Part shown: piece by piece, positions 1 through 12,923 of the stretch | Position numbering within the stretch: the first letter of the stretch is position 1 | How the letters are laid out: each line of letters starts with the position of its first letter | Origin: Octopus vulgaris | Lineage: Eukaryota | Length of the DNA: 64,000 nucleotides | Reading direction: 5' to 3' | Assembly (NCBI GenBank): GCA_951406725.2 | Contig: OX597824.1 | Span: forward strand, 66,836,001-66,900,000 | Made by a program: the position numbers and the translations under genes | Notes under the pieces: model-generated | Seen by the model: only the letters and a program-made list of their open reading frames with translations | What the model was told of the DNA's origin: nothing | Database searches by the model: none

Positions 1-307
1 AAGCACTCAGAGAGCGCAAACTTCCACCAATGCAACACCAACATCCTCTTATTGATTAACCGGAGATGATTTTTAAAATGAGAATATCTGAAATAAAATC
101 CTTCAATGAATATCATGAGAACTTTTGGTTTTCTCTTCTCTTCAATTTCAGTTTTTCTTTAGTAATCCTGTTGTATTAGATCGATGTATAGAATTATATA
201 TATACATAAGTATACTGTAAAGTGTTAAAATGTATGTAATAATCTCCTAATAAAATAATGAGCATTGTCTTTTTATATATGTGTGTGTGTGTATATACAT
301 ACATATA

Positions 308-370
<63 letters not shown>

Positions 371-866
371 GAGCCAGAGTGAGAGGTGAAGGTAGAGGAG
401 ATAAATGGCAAAGAGAGCATTGTATGAATGAGAAAGGAAGGGGTGACAGATGAATAACAAGGGAAGGAGTGAAAAAGCCGATAAATGGTGTCTGAAGTGT
501 GAGTATATGTGTGTGTAAAAGAGAGATATGCATGTATGTGTGTATGTGTGTGTGTGTGTGTGTGTGTGTACAATAGAAATGGGATGGTAATGTTCAACAC
601 TGAAAATGTGTGAGTATATGTGTGCGTGTACATGAAAAGTATGTGAAACTTTACATGTAAAGTAAAGACAATATAAAAAAATAACCCCAAATCCTTGTCT
701 GGAACTGGATTGATCCCAAAATTTAACTGTTCATGCCAGACACGAGGCCAAACATCCCTGAAAGTTTCTTCCGAAATCATCCAGTGGTTCATGAGATATC
801 ATGTCCATGGACAAACAAATAAACACAACTGAAAATAATACCTCCACCTTTGCTACGGTGGAGTTA
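1..866 (-). mobile_element. Helentron-associated (HINE/DINE-1-like) non-autonomous element, copy 1, interrupted by microsatellite-rich sequence
   Basis: Shares blocks with 878-1461 (AAGCACTCAGAGAGCGCAAAC...; CCAAACATCCCTGAAAGTTTC...). Sub-terminal ACCTCC(A/G)CC-type inverted repeats; the short hairpin GCACTC-AGA-GAGCGC marks the minus-strand 3' end. Confidence 0.55.
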
Positions 867-877
867 ACAGCAATAAT

Positions 878-1461
878 AACAAGAACACTAAGCGAGTGCA
901 AACCTCCCCCAAGGAAACACCAACATCCTCTCAACAATTAGCCAGAGATGATTTTTAAAATGAGAATATCGGAAATAAACTCAATTGCTCTCACAAACAA
1001 GAATACTAAAAATGAAACTGACTGCTCACAAGAATTAAGTAAAAAAAATGCAAAAATAATCCAGAATCCTTGTCTGGTACCTGATCGATCCCAATAGTAG
1101 TCATGGAATGTGAAGGTACTGTAGAAAATTTAGTAACAGTAATAAATAGTTTATCTTTATCTAATACAAGCCAAAGTTAACAAATTCACCATTCAAAATA
1201 GTTACAAGCTAAAGGGAGATAACCGAGAAAGACTTGAAAGTTAACGTAAAATCGTAATCATGTAAAGTAAATATAACAAACAATTCAGAATTTTTGTCTG
1301 GTACCAGATCGATCCCAAAATTTAATCAGTTCGTACGAGTCACGAGGCCAAACATCCCTGAAAGTTTCATCCGAATCCATCCAGTGGTTCTTGAGATATC
1401 TTGTCCAAACAAACAAATATGACTGAAAACAATACCTCCGCCTTCGCTAAGGCAGAGGTAA
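878..1461 (-). mobile_element. Helentron-associated (HINE/DINE-1-like) non-autonomous element, copy 2
   Basis: Terminal palindrome ACCTCCGCCTT-CGCT-AAGGCAGAGGT at about 1433-1459 and partner repeat ACCTCCCCCAAGG at about 902. No TSD seen; AT-rich insertion context. Confidence 0.6.
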
Positions 1462-1471
1462 TAATAACGGT

Positions 1472-1680
1472 TTTAAATTTTGGCACAAGGTCAGTAAATG
1501 TTGGGAGAAGGGGTAAGTCGATTACATTGACCTCAGTGTTCAACAGGTACCTATTTTATTGATCCCAAAAGGATGAAAGGTAAAGTTGACCTTGGCGGAA
1601 TTTGAACTCAATGTAAAAATGGATAAAATCCTGCAAAGCATTTTTCCTAGCAGGTTAACGATTCTGCCAGCTCCCTCCTT
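1472..1680 (-). mobile_element. tRNA-derived SINE, family A (MetaSINE/MESC-like core)
   Basis: Reverse complement matches 63796-64000 (GAGCTGGCAGAATCGTT...GAGTTCAAATTCCGCC...CTTTCATCCTTT). Confidence 0.75.
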
Positions 1681-1694
1681 AATAACGATAGTAA

Positions 1695-3390
1695 TCTTAT
1701 GCTATAATAAGAGCCTCGTCTGTCCGAAGCCATCAGTAATTAGATAGAGGAGAAGTAGAGTTAGAAAGAGAGGGGGAGGTAGAGAAGTAGAGTTGAGAAG
1801 GGGAAGGAGAAAAAGAAAGAGATAGATAGATAGATAGACAGAGATTTATGATACTGGTAATGCACACATACACACATGTATATATATGAGCAGAGATGAA
1901 AATTAACAGGTCATTTTATTCCCACCAGTCAGTTTGTGAATTCAGCAAAAAGGTAAGATAAAACTTCCATCATTGATACAAAGGCTTTTGCATCTGAGAA
2001 GATTTGGTGACTCAGTGATGTACCTGTGTTTTATCCTTCTGGTCTAGATGGGTGGCACCTTGGATTAATGAATGAAAATGGCAACCGTCAAATTTCAATA
2101 GTTCAATTTTATTGTTATCGCATCATGAAAAGAACAGGATCTACAAATATATTGCAATTAGATCAGCGTTTGTTTCAGCAATGCTGTGTAGATCAAATTG
2201 CTAAAGTACAATCCACCCATCTACACTATGCTTGTAACAATCAAGCAACCTTAAGAGCTGATTTATATAATGGCTTACAAGATGCTATACTTGCAGGTGA
2301 TACTGATCGTACAGGTCATAGATATATATATTGCCAAGTTCATTTACAGGAAGTCCACGATATATGTCTAAGCACTACCAGGATGCAATGGCCATAGAAA
2401 GTTTGGCAAACCTACTTTTATTTCTGACTTTTACATGCAACCCAAAATGGCATGAAATAGTTAACGAGCTTTGTGGGCCAGACAGCAGCTGATTGACCAG
2501 ATATCACTGCAAGAGTATTCAGATTAAAGCAACAGCAACTATTGCACAATATCAAATCAGGAGTCCCTGAGAAACTTATTTCTCATGTGAACACAGTGGA
2601 ATTTCAAAAAAGATGATTACCTCATTGCTATTTCTTATTCATAATACAAAATCATCACCACACATGGCAAGAAATTAATAAAATTATTGCAGCTGTACTT
2701 TCCAATCCCCAAAACCCATTTAATACTTGGTGAAGAAACACATGATACATGGACCCTGCAGAAAAGATAATTCAAATTCTCCCTGCATGGTGAATGGTGT
2801 TTGCAGTAAAAGATATCCAAAAGATTACAGATCACAAACCTTAATTGGAAATGATTCTTATCCACAATATCGTTTCCAAAACCCTTGAGATGGTGGCTTC
2901 AGAGCTTCAATACGTATTGAAAATAGAGAAATTGTTGTTGATAAACAATATGTTCAACGAATGATTTATAAAATTTGTTTGTTAGTATTCTTCAGTTTTG
3001 CTCTCCATCCAGACCACTAGAATTATACAACATGTTTTGCGAAGATCTTTGCCAAATGAGACAACACAATTTTCCTCATGAAACAGCTATGGATATTGCT
3101 CTGAATGAAATGCTGTGTGAACTGGATCATTACATGGGTCAGCATGACCATAGTATAATATCTTTTGGATTGCCTGCTGCTATTCATGGTCTCTGAATGA
3201 ATAATGTTCTACTTCATGAAGATGAGATGGATCCAAATGCAGGAGAATTGTTCAATGCTAACATCTATATGCTAAATAATGACCAGAGAATCATTTTTGA
3301 AAATATTCAACAGAAAATTGATAGAAATAAAGGTGGTTTGATATTTATTGATGTACCCGGGGGTACAGGCAAAACTTTTCTTCTTTATAG
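1695..3390 (+). mobile_element. Degenerate, internally deleted Helitron (Rep/helicase pseudogene)
   Basis: Broken ORFs carry Helitron motifs: RLFQQCCVDQIAKV...QATLRADLYNGLQDAI (Helitron N region), FLTFTCNPKWHEI (Rep motif 1, about 2420), VEFQKR*LPH (Rep motif 2, about 2595) and IFIDVPGGTGKTFL (PIF1-like Walker A, about 3340). Candidate 5' terminus A|TCTTATGCTATAATAAGAG at 1695. Confidence 0.85.
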
Positions 3391-3394
3391 AGTA

Positions 3395-3697
3395 CAGTGC
3401 CACATAAAAAGCCTGTGTGGTGTCATGTAAAAGCGTTCTTGCAGTGTCACATAAAAGTGCCCATGCAGTGCCACATAAAAGCTTTCGTGTGGCACCACGT
3501 AAAGGCGCTCGTACTGTGCCAATAAAAGCACCCAGTACACTCTGTAAAATGGTCAGTGTTAGGAAGGGCATCCAGCCGTAGAAACCATGCCAAATCAGAC
3601 TGGAGTCTGGTGTAGCTCCCCAGCTTGCCAGCTCTGGTCGTACCGTCCAACCCATGCCAGCATGGACAACGGACGCTAAATGATGATGATGATGATT
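3395..3697 (+). mobile_element. RTE 3'-tail fragment with (GAT)n tail
   Basis: GTTAGGAAGGGCATCCAGCCGTAGAAAC...CCGTCCAACCCATGCCAGCATGG...(TGA)n, matching the 3' end of the RTE at 15716-18379. Confidence 0.8.
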
Positions 3698-3915
3698 TCG
3701 TCAGGATATAAACAGAAGGAGAAATGAGTCGGAACAATTACTGCGAAACTTTCTGTTCGGCACTCTAATGACTCTGCCAGTTGACTACGATCGCCAATGT
3801 TGTTACTTTTTTTCAAAAGGTACAATCTGATTAAAAGGATATTTAACTGCTATTTCGAGCAGATCAAGGGACCATTTGGGAATTTCTTTATTGGTTCTTA
3901 TAGGAAAGAGTGATA

Positions 3916-3953
<38 letters not shown>

Positions 3954-3960
3954 CTACCTA

Positions 3961-4031
<71 letters not shown>

Positions 4032-4145
4032 TATCGAGAGAGAGAAGGAAGAGAGAAAGAGAGAATTTTGAGTACTTTCTATTGACTAAATAGCTGCAAT
4101 GGTGATCAATTAATACAAGAGAGACTAAACTGGAGCGACACCGGA

Positions 4146-4154
4146 TCATGTGAC
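4146..4154 (+). promoter_or_regulatory. M-box/CLEAR-like element (candidate MiT/TFE site) upstream of ATP6V1D
   Basis: TCATGTGAC about 120 bp upstream of the ATG. It matches the M-box TCATGTG and is one base from the CLEAR core TCACGTGAC. Confidence 0.5.
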
Positions 4155-4271
4155 AAAGTAAAGCCAACATCAGGTGGTTGTTTTCTTCAAAGACTTCATT
4201 TCGTAGACTCCCAGTGTTCTTGTATCTATCTCCTCTGTTGAATAACATCAAAGTATAACAGTCCTGCCAAA

Positions 4272-4306
4272 ATGAGTGACCGCCTTAACGTATTTCCATC
4301 TAGAAT
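4272..4306 (+). CDS. ATP6V1D: V-type proton ATPase subunit D, coding exon 1
   Basis: AAA ATG AGT... = MSDRLNVFPSR(M), like the conserved N-terminus DRIxIFPSRM. Donor AT|GTAAGT, phase 2, 35 nt. Confidence 0.92.
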
Positions 4307-5139
4307 GTAAGTGTTTCTTTACGTCTTGTCTTCACAGATTCCAACGATTATGTGTATATCTATATAAACACACCCACTCAAATAATGCGACATTCTTACA
4401 GATATCTATCTTGTCTTAGACACACACACATATTTGTATAATTGAGTCAACGTCGTTGGTGTGGCAATGGATTGAAGCATTTATGCGAATGTATGCATCC
4501 GTGTATGGATTCATTTGTTTCTCTTTCACGTACCTGTGTATACATCATATGCAGATATAAAAAAGGTGAAATATTGTTTTGCTAAACACGAAATTCGAGT
4601 AAATGAGTAAATAACTGTTGAAAACCTAGTTCCTTAACTGTAGATATAATTAATTCAATGTTGTTTTAATAACTATTTCCATTCTTTTGTATTGACAAGG
4701 ATATATGTTTCTCATAGCCTGCCTTTGCTGTGTATTATCATCTGTTTTTGTCATTGAATACTCATTGAAAGAGAGTTAACTATATAGTGTAGATATAAAA
4801 CAAGCTCTTTAACTTCTTCATGCTAAGGTATTCCAGTGTGTATTTATACACAGTTAAGGTGAATATCTTACAGTGCTATAGTTTCCGGCCGATTGATATG
4901 TAAGATGTGCTTGTGTGGCGGTCATTGTTTCAGTAAGTGAATTTTAGAAGTTGCTCAAGTCGATTAGTCTGCTGTGAAGTTTATAGAAAACGCCAGCCAG
5001 CGAGCGCTTGCACTTGTACGGATACACACTGAAATATATACATGCCCATTATAAAGTTGCGAAGATATTTAATAGTCACGGAAGGAAATTGGAAGCGACA
5101 TTGATCTGTAAAAATCCAGATTGTCTAATCTCTCTTTCT

Positions 5140-5199
<60 letters not shown>

Positions 5200-8012
5200 C
5201 TAAAGTCATGCACTTGAGATAAAGGTGTGACAACAATTTGTACCGTTTATATATTATAAACAGCAGAATCTATTAAGGTTAAATCGAATGAATTTTCGTT
5301 TCGTATTTTTTTTTCTTCTAATGATTTGATGTTACGTTTCAGTCATAGCAGAGTCTTTTTCTCTTAAATACAAAGCTTTATTTTTTAATCTATAAACATT
5401 GCTTTTTGCCTTTCTCTTCATAATTTGTCTAAAGTATGTAAGGTCATAGTGCGTCCATCAATCTAGTTCTTATGTCAAATGCCGCCGAGGTCGACTTTGC
5501 CTTTCATCCTTTCGGGTTCGGTGAAACACTGGAGACGATGTAATCGACTATTCCCCTCCCACAAAATTTCAGGTCTTGTGCCTATAGTAGAAAGGATTAT
5601 TTAGTCTTAGGTCAATCTGATTCTACAGACTTACGATCTAAATCGTTCCACCGGTCATCACCCCGTCCTGTTTTCAGAGATTATCTAGGGCACCCAATGT
5701 ATCCTGCTTTGTTTTTGACGGTAGCAATTGATTTGACGTAGTTTTGGCTAATGTTTTTAGCTGAGCGAAAGACAACGTAGAAGCTTATTTTTTTATTGTT
5801 TAGTGCAAACTCAGCACTGATTCAGTAGTCCTATGATCAAAGCATTCCAACAATGACCATCGTAGCTTTTACTTTCAGGTATTATGTATCAAATACTACC
5901 CTATCCAATGTATCCTCTTTTTAGGTAGTAGGTAGGAATTAAGGGAAATCTGTCTGCTATTTCTAGCAAGTCAAGGTTTCTTGGTTCTCCCTTGAGAATT
6001 TTTAGTTTTGTTTAGTCAGGAGAAAGGTCTATGACCATAGCCCTTTACAGATCGTCTGAGGCAGGTAAGATCTATGTGGTTGTTGTTTCCTTTTGAACAA
6101 CTGCAAACCAATGACTATTGGAAAAAAAACATCCAAGGTGGAGATTCTAAGGCTGGATGATGTTCTGAGAGGGAAGAACTTAAAATAATAGTAGTTATTG
6201 CAGGCCATTGGTTATGAGAGGAGGCGGACAGGCAATTGAGTTATGTGGATCTGTGAGGGAACTCACAAGACCAGCTGGCTTGCATAAATAAAGATTATAG
6301 TAGGAAAAAGCAGAGCCAAAAGAAAAAAAAATGTCTGCAGGCCAAAGATTGGAGTGTGTTGATCAACTCAATGAGACAGCTGAGTGGCCATTTTCTGGAT
6401 GCCCAAGAGCAGTATCATTGCCCCAGATGTGAAAGCAACATTCTTTTGTGGATTTTGTTTGATCCTAGTCAAGAGTTAGCAGTGGTTAGGAGTTGAAGTA
6501 TTTTCTAGCTCTAAAGGAGACAGTCTTTAGATTGAAGCTTTTTGCTACGCTGTGATCATTAGTGATTGGGAGTGATCTAACATATAACAAGATTGAAGGT
6601 TTTTGTGTGTATGTCTGTGTACACTTGTATATTAACTGGTGTTAGATTAATGTGTATATAAACGACAACAGTAATAGGTGGCTGCAAATTTGTTGTGGAT
6701 GAGGTGTTGTCTTTATTTTTTATCTTGTTTCAATCGTTTGACTACAGCCATACTGGTGCACCACTTATTTTTAAGTGTGTTCTTATTCTATTGGTCTTTT
6801 TTATTTTTTACCAAACTGCTGAGTTATGGGGATATAAAGAAACCACCACAGGCTGGGGAACAAACACAGACATATATGCGTATATATATATATCATTATC
6901 ATTATCTAACATCCTTCGTTCTATGCTGGCTTGGGTTGGATGATTTGACATAAACACTCCAGAGGGCTGCACCAAGTTCTAATGTCTGTTGTGCCATGAT
7001 TTCTACTACTGGATCCTCTTTCTAACATCAACCACTTCACAGAGTGTACTTGGTGCTTTTTACATGGCACCAGCACTGGTGAGATCACCAAACATTTACA
7101 AGACAAGATATCTCAACTGAGTAGAGTACAGTATTGAGGAATAAAGAACTAAGGTAGCAGGACAAGAGCAGGTGTCTTGCTGAAGGGGTGAATACAAGGC
7201 TCCCTTGTCTGGAAAGTGAGAGAGAGAGAGAGGGAGATGTGAGATCAAGGTTCTACACAGTTTCTGTCTACCAGATTAATTCACAAGGCTATGTTTGAGC
7301 CAGGGCTATAATAGAAGACACTTGCCCAATGTGCTACATAGTGTGATGGAACCTGAAGCCACATGGTTGCAAAGTGAGCTTCTTAATCACATAACCATGC
7401 TTATGCCTATTTTACTCAATTCTAGTACGTGACAAGTGCTTTATTATAGGAATAAACATAATAAAAAAGAAAACAAAATTAATTATAAAAAACTAACATA
7501 ACTATAGATATAGGCACTTGTTTCTGTTACTATAAAGGTATGTTTTGCAGAAGTTAAGATGAGTTTATGCTTTCGCAGTCAACCACAAAACTAATATATC
7601 ATCAACATGTACATCCTTGTGACAATGTAACCTTTAATTTAATCTAGATATCTTTGGCTTGAAGAGTAGTCAGCAGTATATCCTTGCTTGGATTTTTACC
7701 ACTTCTGAGGTTTCGTCTGCTATGAAACATATGTAATCAGGATCTTACCTTCTCTATTCTGTAACTCTTGTATTCTTATTTGCACATCCAGCAACCCTGT
7801 TCACCTACCGTCGAATATAAAAAGAACTTTTTTCCAACTTACTGTTCTTCAATATGAAAAGAATCCACAACCTTGTCTCAGTAAACCACTATTGTTTCTG
7901 AAAGTTGATTTTTTTAATATTTACTACAAATTGCTTGAAGCTAACTTTCTTCCTACACCTCGGTCCCTAGATCTTACGTGTTTTTATATATGTGTATATA
8001 TATATATATATA

Positions 8013-9001
8013 TATCATCATCATTGTTTATCATCCGTTTTCCATTGGCAAGCCAGGAGGCCACACCAGGCTCCAATCTGATCTGGCAATGTTTCTACAA
8101 CTGGATGCCCTTCCAAATGCCAACCACTCTGAGAGTGTAGTGGGTGCTTTTTACATGGTACGGGCATTGGCCACGTTTGGATAGTACTTTTTACACACTA
8201 CTGGTACAGGGGCCAGTCGGGGGTGGAGTGCTGGCATGGACCATGTTTAGATGGTGCTTTTTACGTGCAGCTGGCATGGGAAACCAGTCAGGTGGCACTT
8301 GGCAGTGATCCACACATGAATGGTGCTTATTGCGTGCTACCAGCATGAGAGCCAGTCATGGCATCGGCCACAACTACACTTTCCATTTTTGATTGTGATT
8401 TTGATTTTGGATTTTACTTGACTCAATAGGTCTCCTCAAGCATGGTGTGTCACCTGACGATTCAAAGGTACCTTTTAAATGGGCTGGTTATGTGATACTG
8501 GTATACGCTATGGCTGTGATCTCACTTTACTTGCTGAGTCTTTTCAATCACAGCATATCTCCAGAGGTCTTGGTCTTATGCCATTGTCTCTGTGAGGACC
8601 AACGTTCGAAGGTCATGCTTCATCACCTCATCCCATGTCTCCCTCTTCTACGGGTTCCTTCCACTATTAAGGAGTGACGCTTATTCACACAGCTTTCCTC
8701 ATTCTTATGCAGCACATGACCATACCAGTGCAGTCGTCTCTCTTGCACACCACATCTGATGATTTTTATGTCCAGCATTTCTCTCAGGGCACTTTCTCTG
8801 TTGTGTGTGCACACTGACATTACACATCCAGCAGATCATACTAGCTTCATTTCTTTCAAGCCTACGCATGTCTTCAGCAGTCATGGCCCATATTTCACTG
8901 TTGTGTAGCATGGCAGTTCACACACATGCATCCTACAGTCTACCTTTCACTCTGAGAAAGAGGCCCTTTGTCACCAGTAGACGTAGGGGCTTTCTGAACT
9001 T
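8013..9001 (-). mobile_element. 5'-truncated RTE LINE, antisense in ATP6V1D intron 1
   Basis: Minus-strand ORFs MLHNSEIWAMTAEDMRRLERNEASMICWMCNVS and RCGVQERRLHWYGHV match the RTE C-terminus; same 3' UTR and (TCA)n tail. Confidence 0.9.
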
Positions 9002-9024
9002 TATATATATGTATATATATATAT

Positions 9025-9250
9025 ATATCATCATCATTTAGTGTCTGCTTTTCAAGCTGGCATGGGTTAGATAGTTTGACTGAAACTGGTAAGATGGAGA
9101 GCTGCACCAGGTTCAAATATGATTTGGCATAGTTTCTACAACTGGATGCTCTTCCTAACACCAACCACTCCAAGACTGCTCTTTATGTGCCACCGGCACA
9201 AATGCCGGTTATGTGACACCAGCATTGGCTGTAACTACGATTTCACTCTG
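9025..9250 (-). mobile_element. RTE 3'-tail fragment
   Basis: TTTCTACAACTGGATGCTCTTCCTAAC plus (TCA)n. Further copies at about 6895-7100(-), 9670-9850(+), 10930-11195(+), 11630-11830(+), 13285-13490(+), 20040-20200(+), 53823-53940(-) and 63327-63530(-). Confidence 0.75.
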
Positions 9251-10175
9251 CTTGTGTGTCTGTGTGTATACATATATTCCTATTGATAGATCTGTTTACT
9301 CTGTCTCTACATCTGCATATACCCTCAGTTTACACATCTTAAAATTGATCCTATCCTAATTATGGGAGGAGCCCTGGATTTCATCTCCCACACATCTGCT
9401 TTCTCATTGGTGATGCTTTCCTATGTATATGCATAAATGTAATTGTTTCCTCAAATGAATTACACTTCATGTTTCAGGCTCTGATCAAGCTATAAGGTGT
9501 TACTCAGGCACTCAACTATGAGCCCATTGCATCTCATAGTGGAAATAGCTGGAAGCTAAAGATGTTCATAAGATAATTGTTTATTCTTTTGTTATCTCTT
9601 ATATATATATGTTTGTGTGTGTGTGCACATACACCTATATACCCCACTCAGTTAAGCAGTCTTGTTAGCATTTTGGCAACCTCACTAGTGTTTGTGCCAC
9701 AAAAAAATGCACCCAGTACACTATAAAGTGGGTGGCATTATGAAGATCATCCAGCTGTAGAAATAATGCCAAAGCAGATATTAGAGCTTGGCACAGCCCT
9801 CTAGTACGTTGGTTCCTACTGAGCATGGAAATAGGAACATTCAATGATGATGGTGACAAACCACCACCACCCCTACACACACACACACACACAAACACAT
9901 GAAGGAAATTTATTTTACACAGAATATACTAATGATTTGCAAAATAAATTTAAGTGTACACAGACACACTCGCACCTTAGCTGGCAAGTTGCCTCTCCTG
10001 TGATTTCTCAGCTTTCTGCATGTTAAAATCTATTTGCCACTTTAATGAGTTCTCTCTCTCTCTCCACGTCAAAATGCTTCTGTTTCCATAAGAGTTTTCT
10101 ATCAATTACAATAGTGCTAATACTGAGATATGTACGTGTATGCTTGCATATGGATACTGCAATAGTATTGTCTTG

Positions 10176-10217
<42 letters not shown>

Positions 10218-10504
10218 AACATAACTGTGTGTGTCTTATGAAATAGTATTTGTCTAACATTCAATTATTTGAGTAATTAGCTGTTGTGTTACCATCATAG
10301 CCAACTGACATCTGTGAACACTATGTGTTCTTCCCAGTCTCTTAGCATGGAGTCTTTGAAACAATTTCACTTTCCTTCTGTAGATCTGCTGTGCCTTTTC
10401 ATTGTCTGTTTTTATGTTGATAATCTCAATATTCATTAGATGACAGATGTTGTAGTTGAAGGTCATTGAAGGTTATGTGATTATATAATAATAATAATAA
10501 TAAT

Positions 10505-10905
10505 GAGCATGTACCAAGCAAAGTTATGCAGGAGGGTAGAAAAGTAATGATATTCTGTGACTATGATTTTCAAATGGATTGTGTAATCAGACACTGTTGG
10601 CCGGATATCATCATATTAAATAAGAGAGACAAATACTGTCAGATCATTGATGTAGCCATACAAAATGACATGTGGTAGTAAAGAGGGTGAAAAAATCACC
10701 AAGTACTCTGAATTGAAAGTGGAAATGGCAATGCGAGAGTGGCAAGACTATGGAATGCAAGAATGGGCTCAATCCCATTGAAACTTCAAGGCAACTGGAA
10801 ATCCCATGCAAGACTAATGTCTTGCAAAAAGCAGCCTTATTGGGCACAGTGCACATCTTAAGGGAAAGTATTATCTGTCTGAGGTCCTTCTTGTGACTTG
10901 ACAGA
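10505..10905 (+). mobile_element. 3' fragment of an R4/Dong-type non-LTR element (restriction-like endonuclease domain)
   Basis: Translation EHVPSKV...IFCDYDFQMDCVIRHCWPDIIILNKRDKYCQIIDVAIQND...EKITKYSEL...LQKAALLGTVHILRKVL follows the RLE pattern WDF.IQTD...RPD...IIDV...EK..KY. Adjoins a (TAA)n tract. Confidence 0.75.
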
Positions 10906-12277
10906 TGACTAAAGACTCTGGTGCATTTTTACCTTGGCACGCCGTGCTGGTGGCACGTAAAAAGCAACTGCCAATCGTGGCTGTTGCCAGCCTCCCCTGG
11001 CACCTATGCTGGTGGCACGTTAAAAGCACCCACTACACTCATGGAGCAGTTGGTGTTAGGAAGAGCATCCAGCTGTAGAAACACTGTCAGATCAGACTGG
11101 AGCCTGGTGCAGCCTCCTGGCTTCCCAGATCCCAGTCGAACTGTCCAACCCATGCTAGCACGGAAAATGGACGTTAAACAATGATGATAATGATGACTAT
11201 TACAGAGGAATAATAATAACAACCAAGATTCATCTCTTTCCTGACATTCTGATCAATTCCTCTCATGCTTGCTAGGTCTACTACACGATATTGTTTGATG
11301 TATCACAATCTTCATGTTTACCCTAGCTATTGCCTACTTTAAAATGCACCCCTTCTGCATCATCTATTACATGACATGTCAATACCAATATAATTTCATT
11401 CATATATCTCCCAATTCCATTTGTTACCTATCTGTTCCCTCCTGAAACTATCTGCTCTATCTTTTGTGTTCCTTGGTTATTCCTATTAATTCTTCTTTAA
11501 TGCAAGTAGCCATATAGCTCCTCTGCAGCAAGAAACCGGTTTTAGTCCCTTCTTTTATACTTTAATCTTTTATCTTTTGGCATAAAGGCACCTTCCTCTT
11601 TATTGTAACCTCACTCAGTGGAAGTGTTTGGTGACTTTAGTAAGCAGGTGCCATGAAAAAACCACTCAGTACACTTTGTAAATTGGTTGATCTTAGGAAG
11701 TGCATCCAGCCATAGAAACCATGCCAAAACAGACACTGGAGCATGGTGAAGAGTCCTCAGTCCCATTGGATCCTGTGAAATGCTCCAACTCCAACCAGCA
11801 TTGAAGATGAACATTAAATAATGCTGTGACGGACTTCTCTATCAGCATGTGCGCGTGCACACATACACACACGCGCACACACACACGCACACACACACAC
11901 ACACACACACATTCTCTATGAGATTCCATTGATCTCATTCCTGTTTAGGTACTGAAGATCCATTCTGTACTGTTTCCTTATTCTTGCTCTTCAGATAGTC
12001 TAAATTTAACTACTAAAGGAGGAAGAATGCTAGCTTCTAATATAAAATAAATTTCATTTTTTAATTTTATATCTGTTTTTAAATATTATATTGAATATGT
12101 TTATCAATATAAACAACATTTATGTATGTATGTGTTAGCCACAGGTCAAAATTTTATCTTCTCAGTGCCCCAGCATGGCCACCACCTTAGGGCTGAAACA
12201 TATAAAAGAATAAAATGATTTTGTTTATTTTTTTCTTTTTCTCTCCACTTATTTTATACTTACTCATCATTTTGCAG

Positions 12278-12395
12278 GGCCCTGACCTTGATGAAGGGCA
12301 GGTTGAAGGGAGCACAGAAAGGCCACAGTTTATTGAAGAAGAAAGCTGATGCTTTGACGTTAAGGTTCCGATCCATTCTTAAACGGATCATTGAG
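12278..12395 (+). CDS. ATP6V1D: V-type proton ATPase subunit D, coding exon 2
   Basis: TTTGCAG| ALTLMKGRLKGAQKGHSLLKKKADALTLRFRSILKRIIE |GTAAT; 118 nt; frame continues from exon 1. Confidence 0.97.
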
Positions 12396-12775
12396 GTAAT
12401 ATCAATGAAGCCAATATATATTTTTACTTAAAATAATTATTTGACTTCCTATTGTTTGTTGGGTTGCTTCCAACAGACTTCCATACTGTCTTTCTCTATT
12501 TGCTAGATTCTTTCTCTCTCTCTAAAAAAAAAAGAAAAGGCAATGTAAAACATGTACAGACTACAATGCTGCACAACACAGTAAATGTGGAAGATCTATA
12601 GATCTTCCACATTTCATTCATAAAAATTTGGTTGACCCTTATTGTGGATTTGAACTTAAAACCACATAGTTGTAGAGTGAACTACATAACTACACAACCA
12701 TGCTTATACATTTTACATACTTTGTTTTCAGTTTTTTTTAAAAATTATTATTTTCTTTTTCTTTTATACATCCAG

Positions 12776-12923
12776 ACCAAGATGTTAATGGGAGATATAA
12801 TGAAAGAAGCAACATTTTCCTTAGCTGAAGCCAAGTTTACCACTGGTGATTTCAATCATATTGTCCTACAGAATGTTAACAAGGCCCAGATCAAGGTGCG
12901 GTCTAAAAAAGAGAATGTTGCTG
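12776..12923 (+). CDS. ATP6V1D: V-type proton ATPase subunit D, coding exon 3
   Basis: TCCAG| TKMLMGDIMKEATFSLAEAKFTTGDFNHIVLQNVNKAQIKVRSKKENVA |GTGAGT; 148 nt. Confidence 0.97.

Noticed and set aside
194-792. ORFs rich in YI/CV/HT repeats (also near 44950, 54800, 59430 and 60200)
   Set aside because: They are translations of (TA)n, (TG)n and (TACA)n microsatellites, with no domain or splice support.
3958-4251. Divergent head-to-head gene upstream of ATP6V1D
   Set aside because: The minus-strand ORF runs into microsatellite, and no recognisable coding exon was found in 1-4250.
6100-6560. Old LINE fragments on the minus strand (also about 32690-33050 and 55940-56640) and possible mariner ends (about 49210 and 51560)
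   Set aside because: The motifs are too decayed to assign boundaries or a clade by eye.
7686-7750. Minus-strand hammerhead-like CTGATTA...CGAAAC
   Set aside because: The core is mismatched and stems I-III could not be formed.
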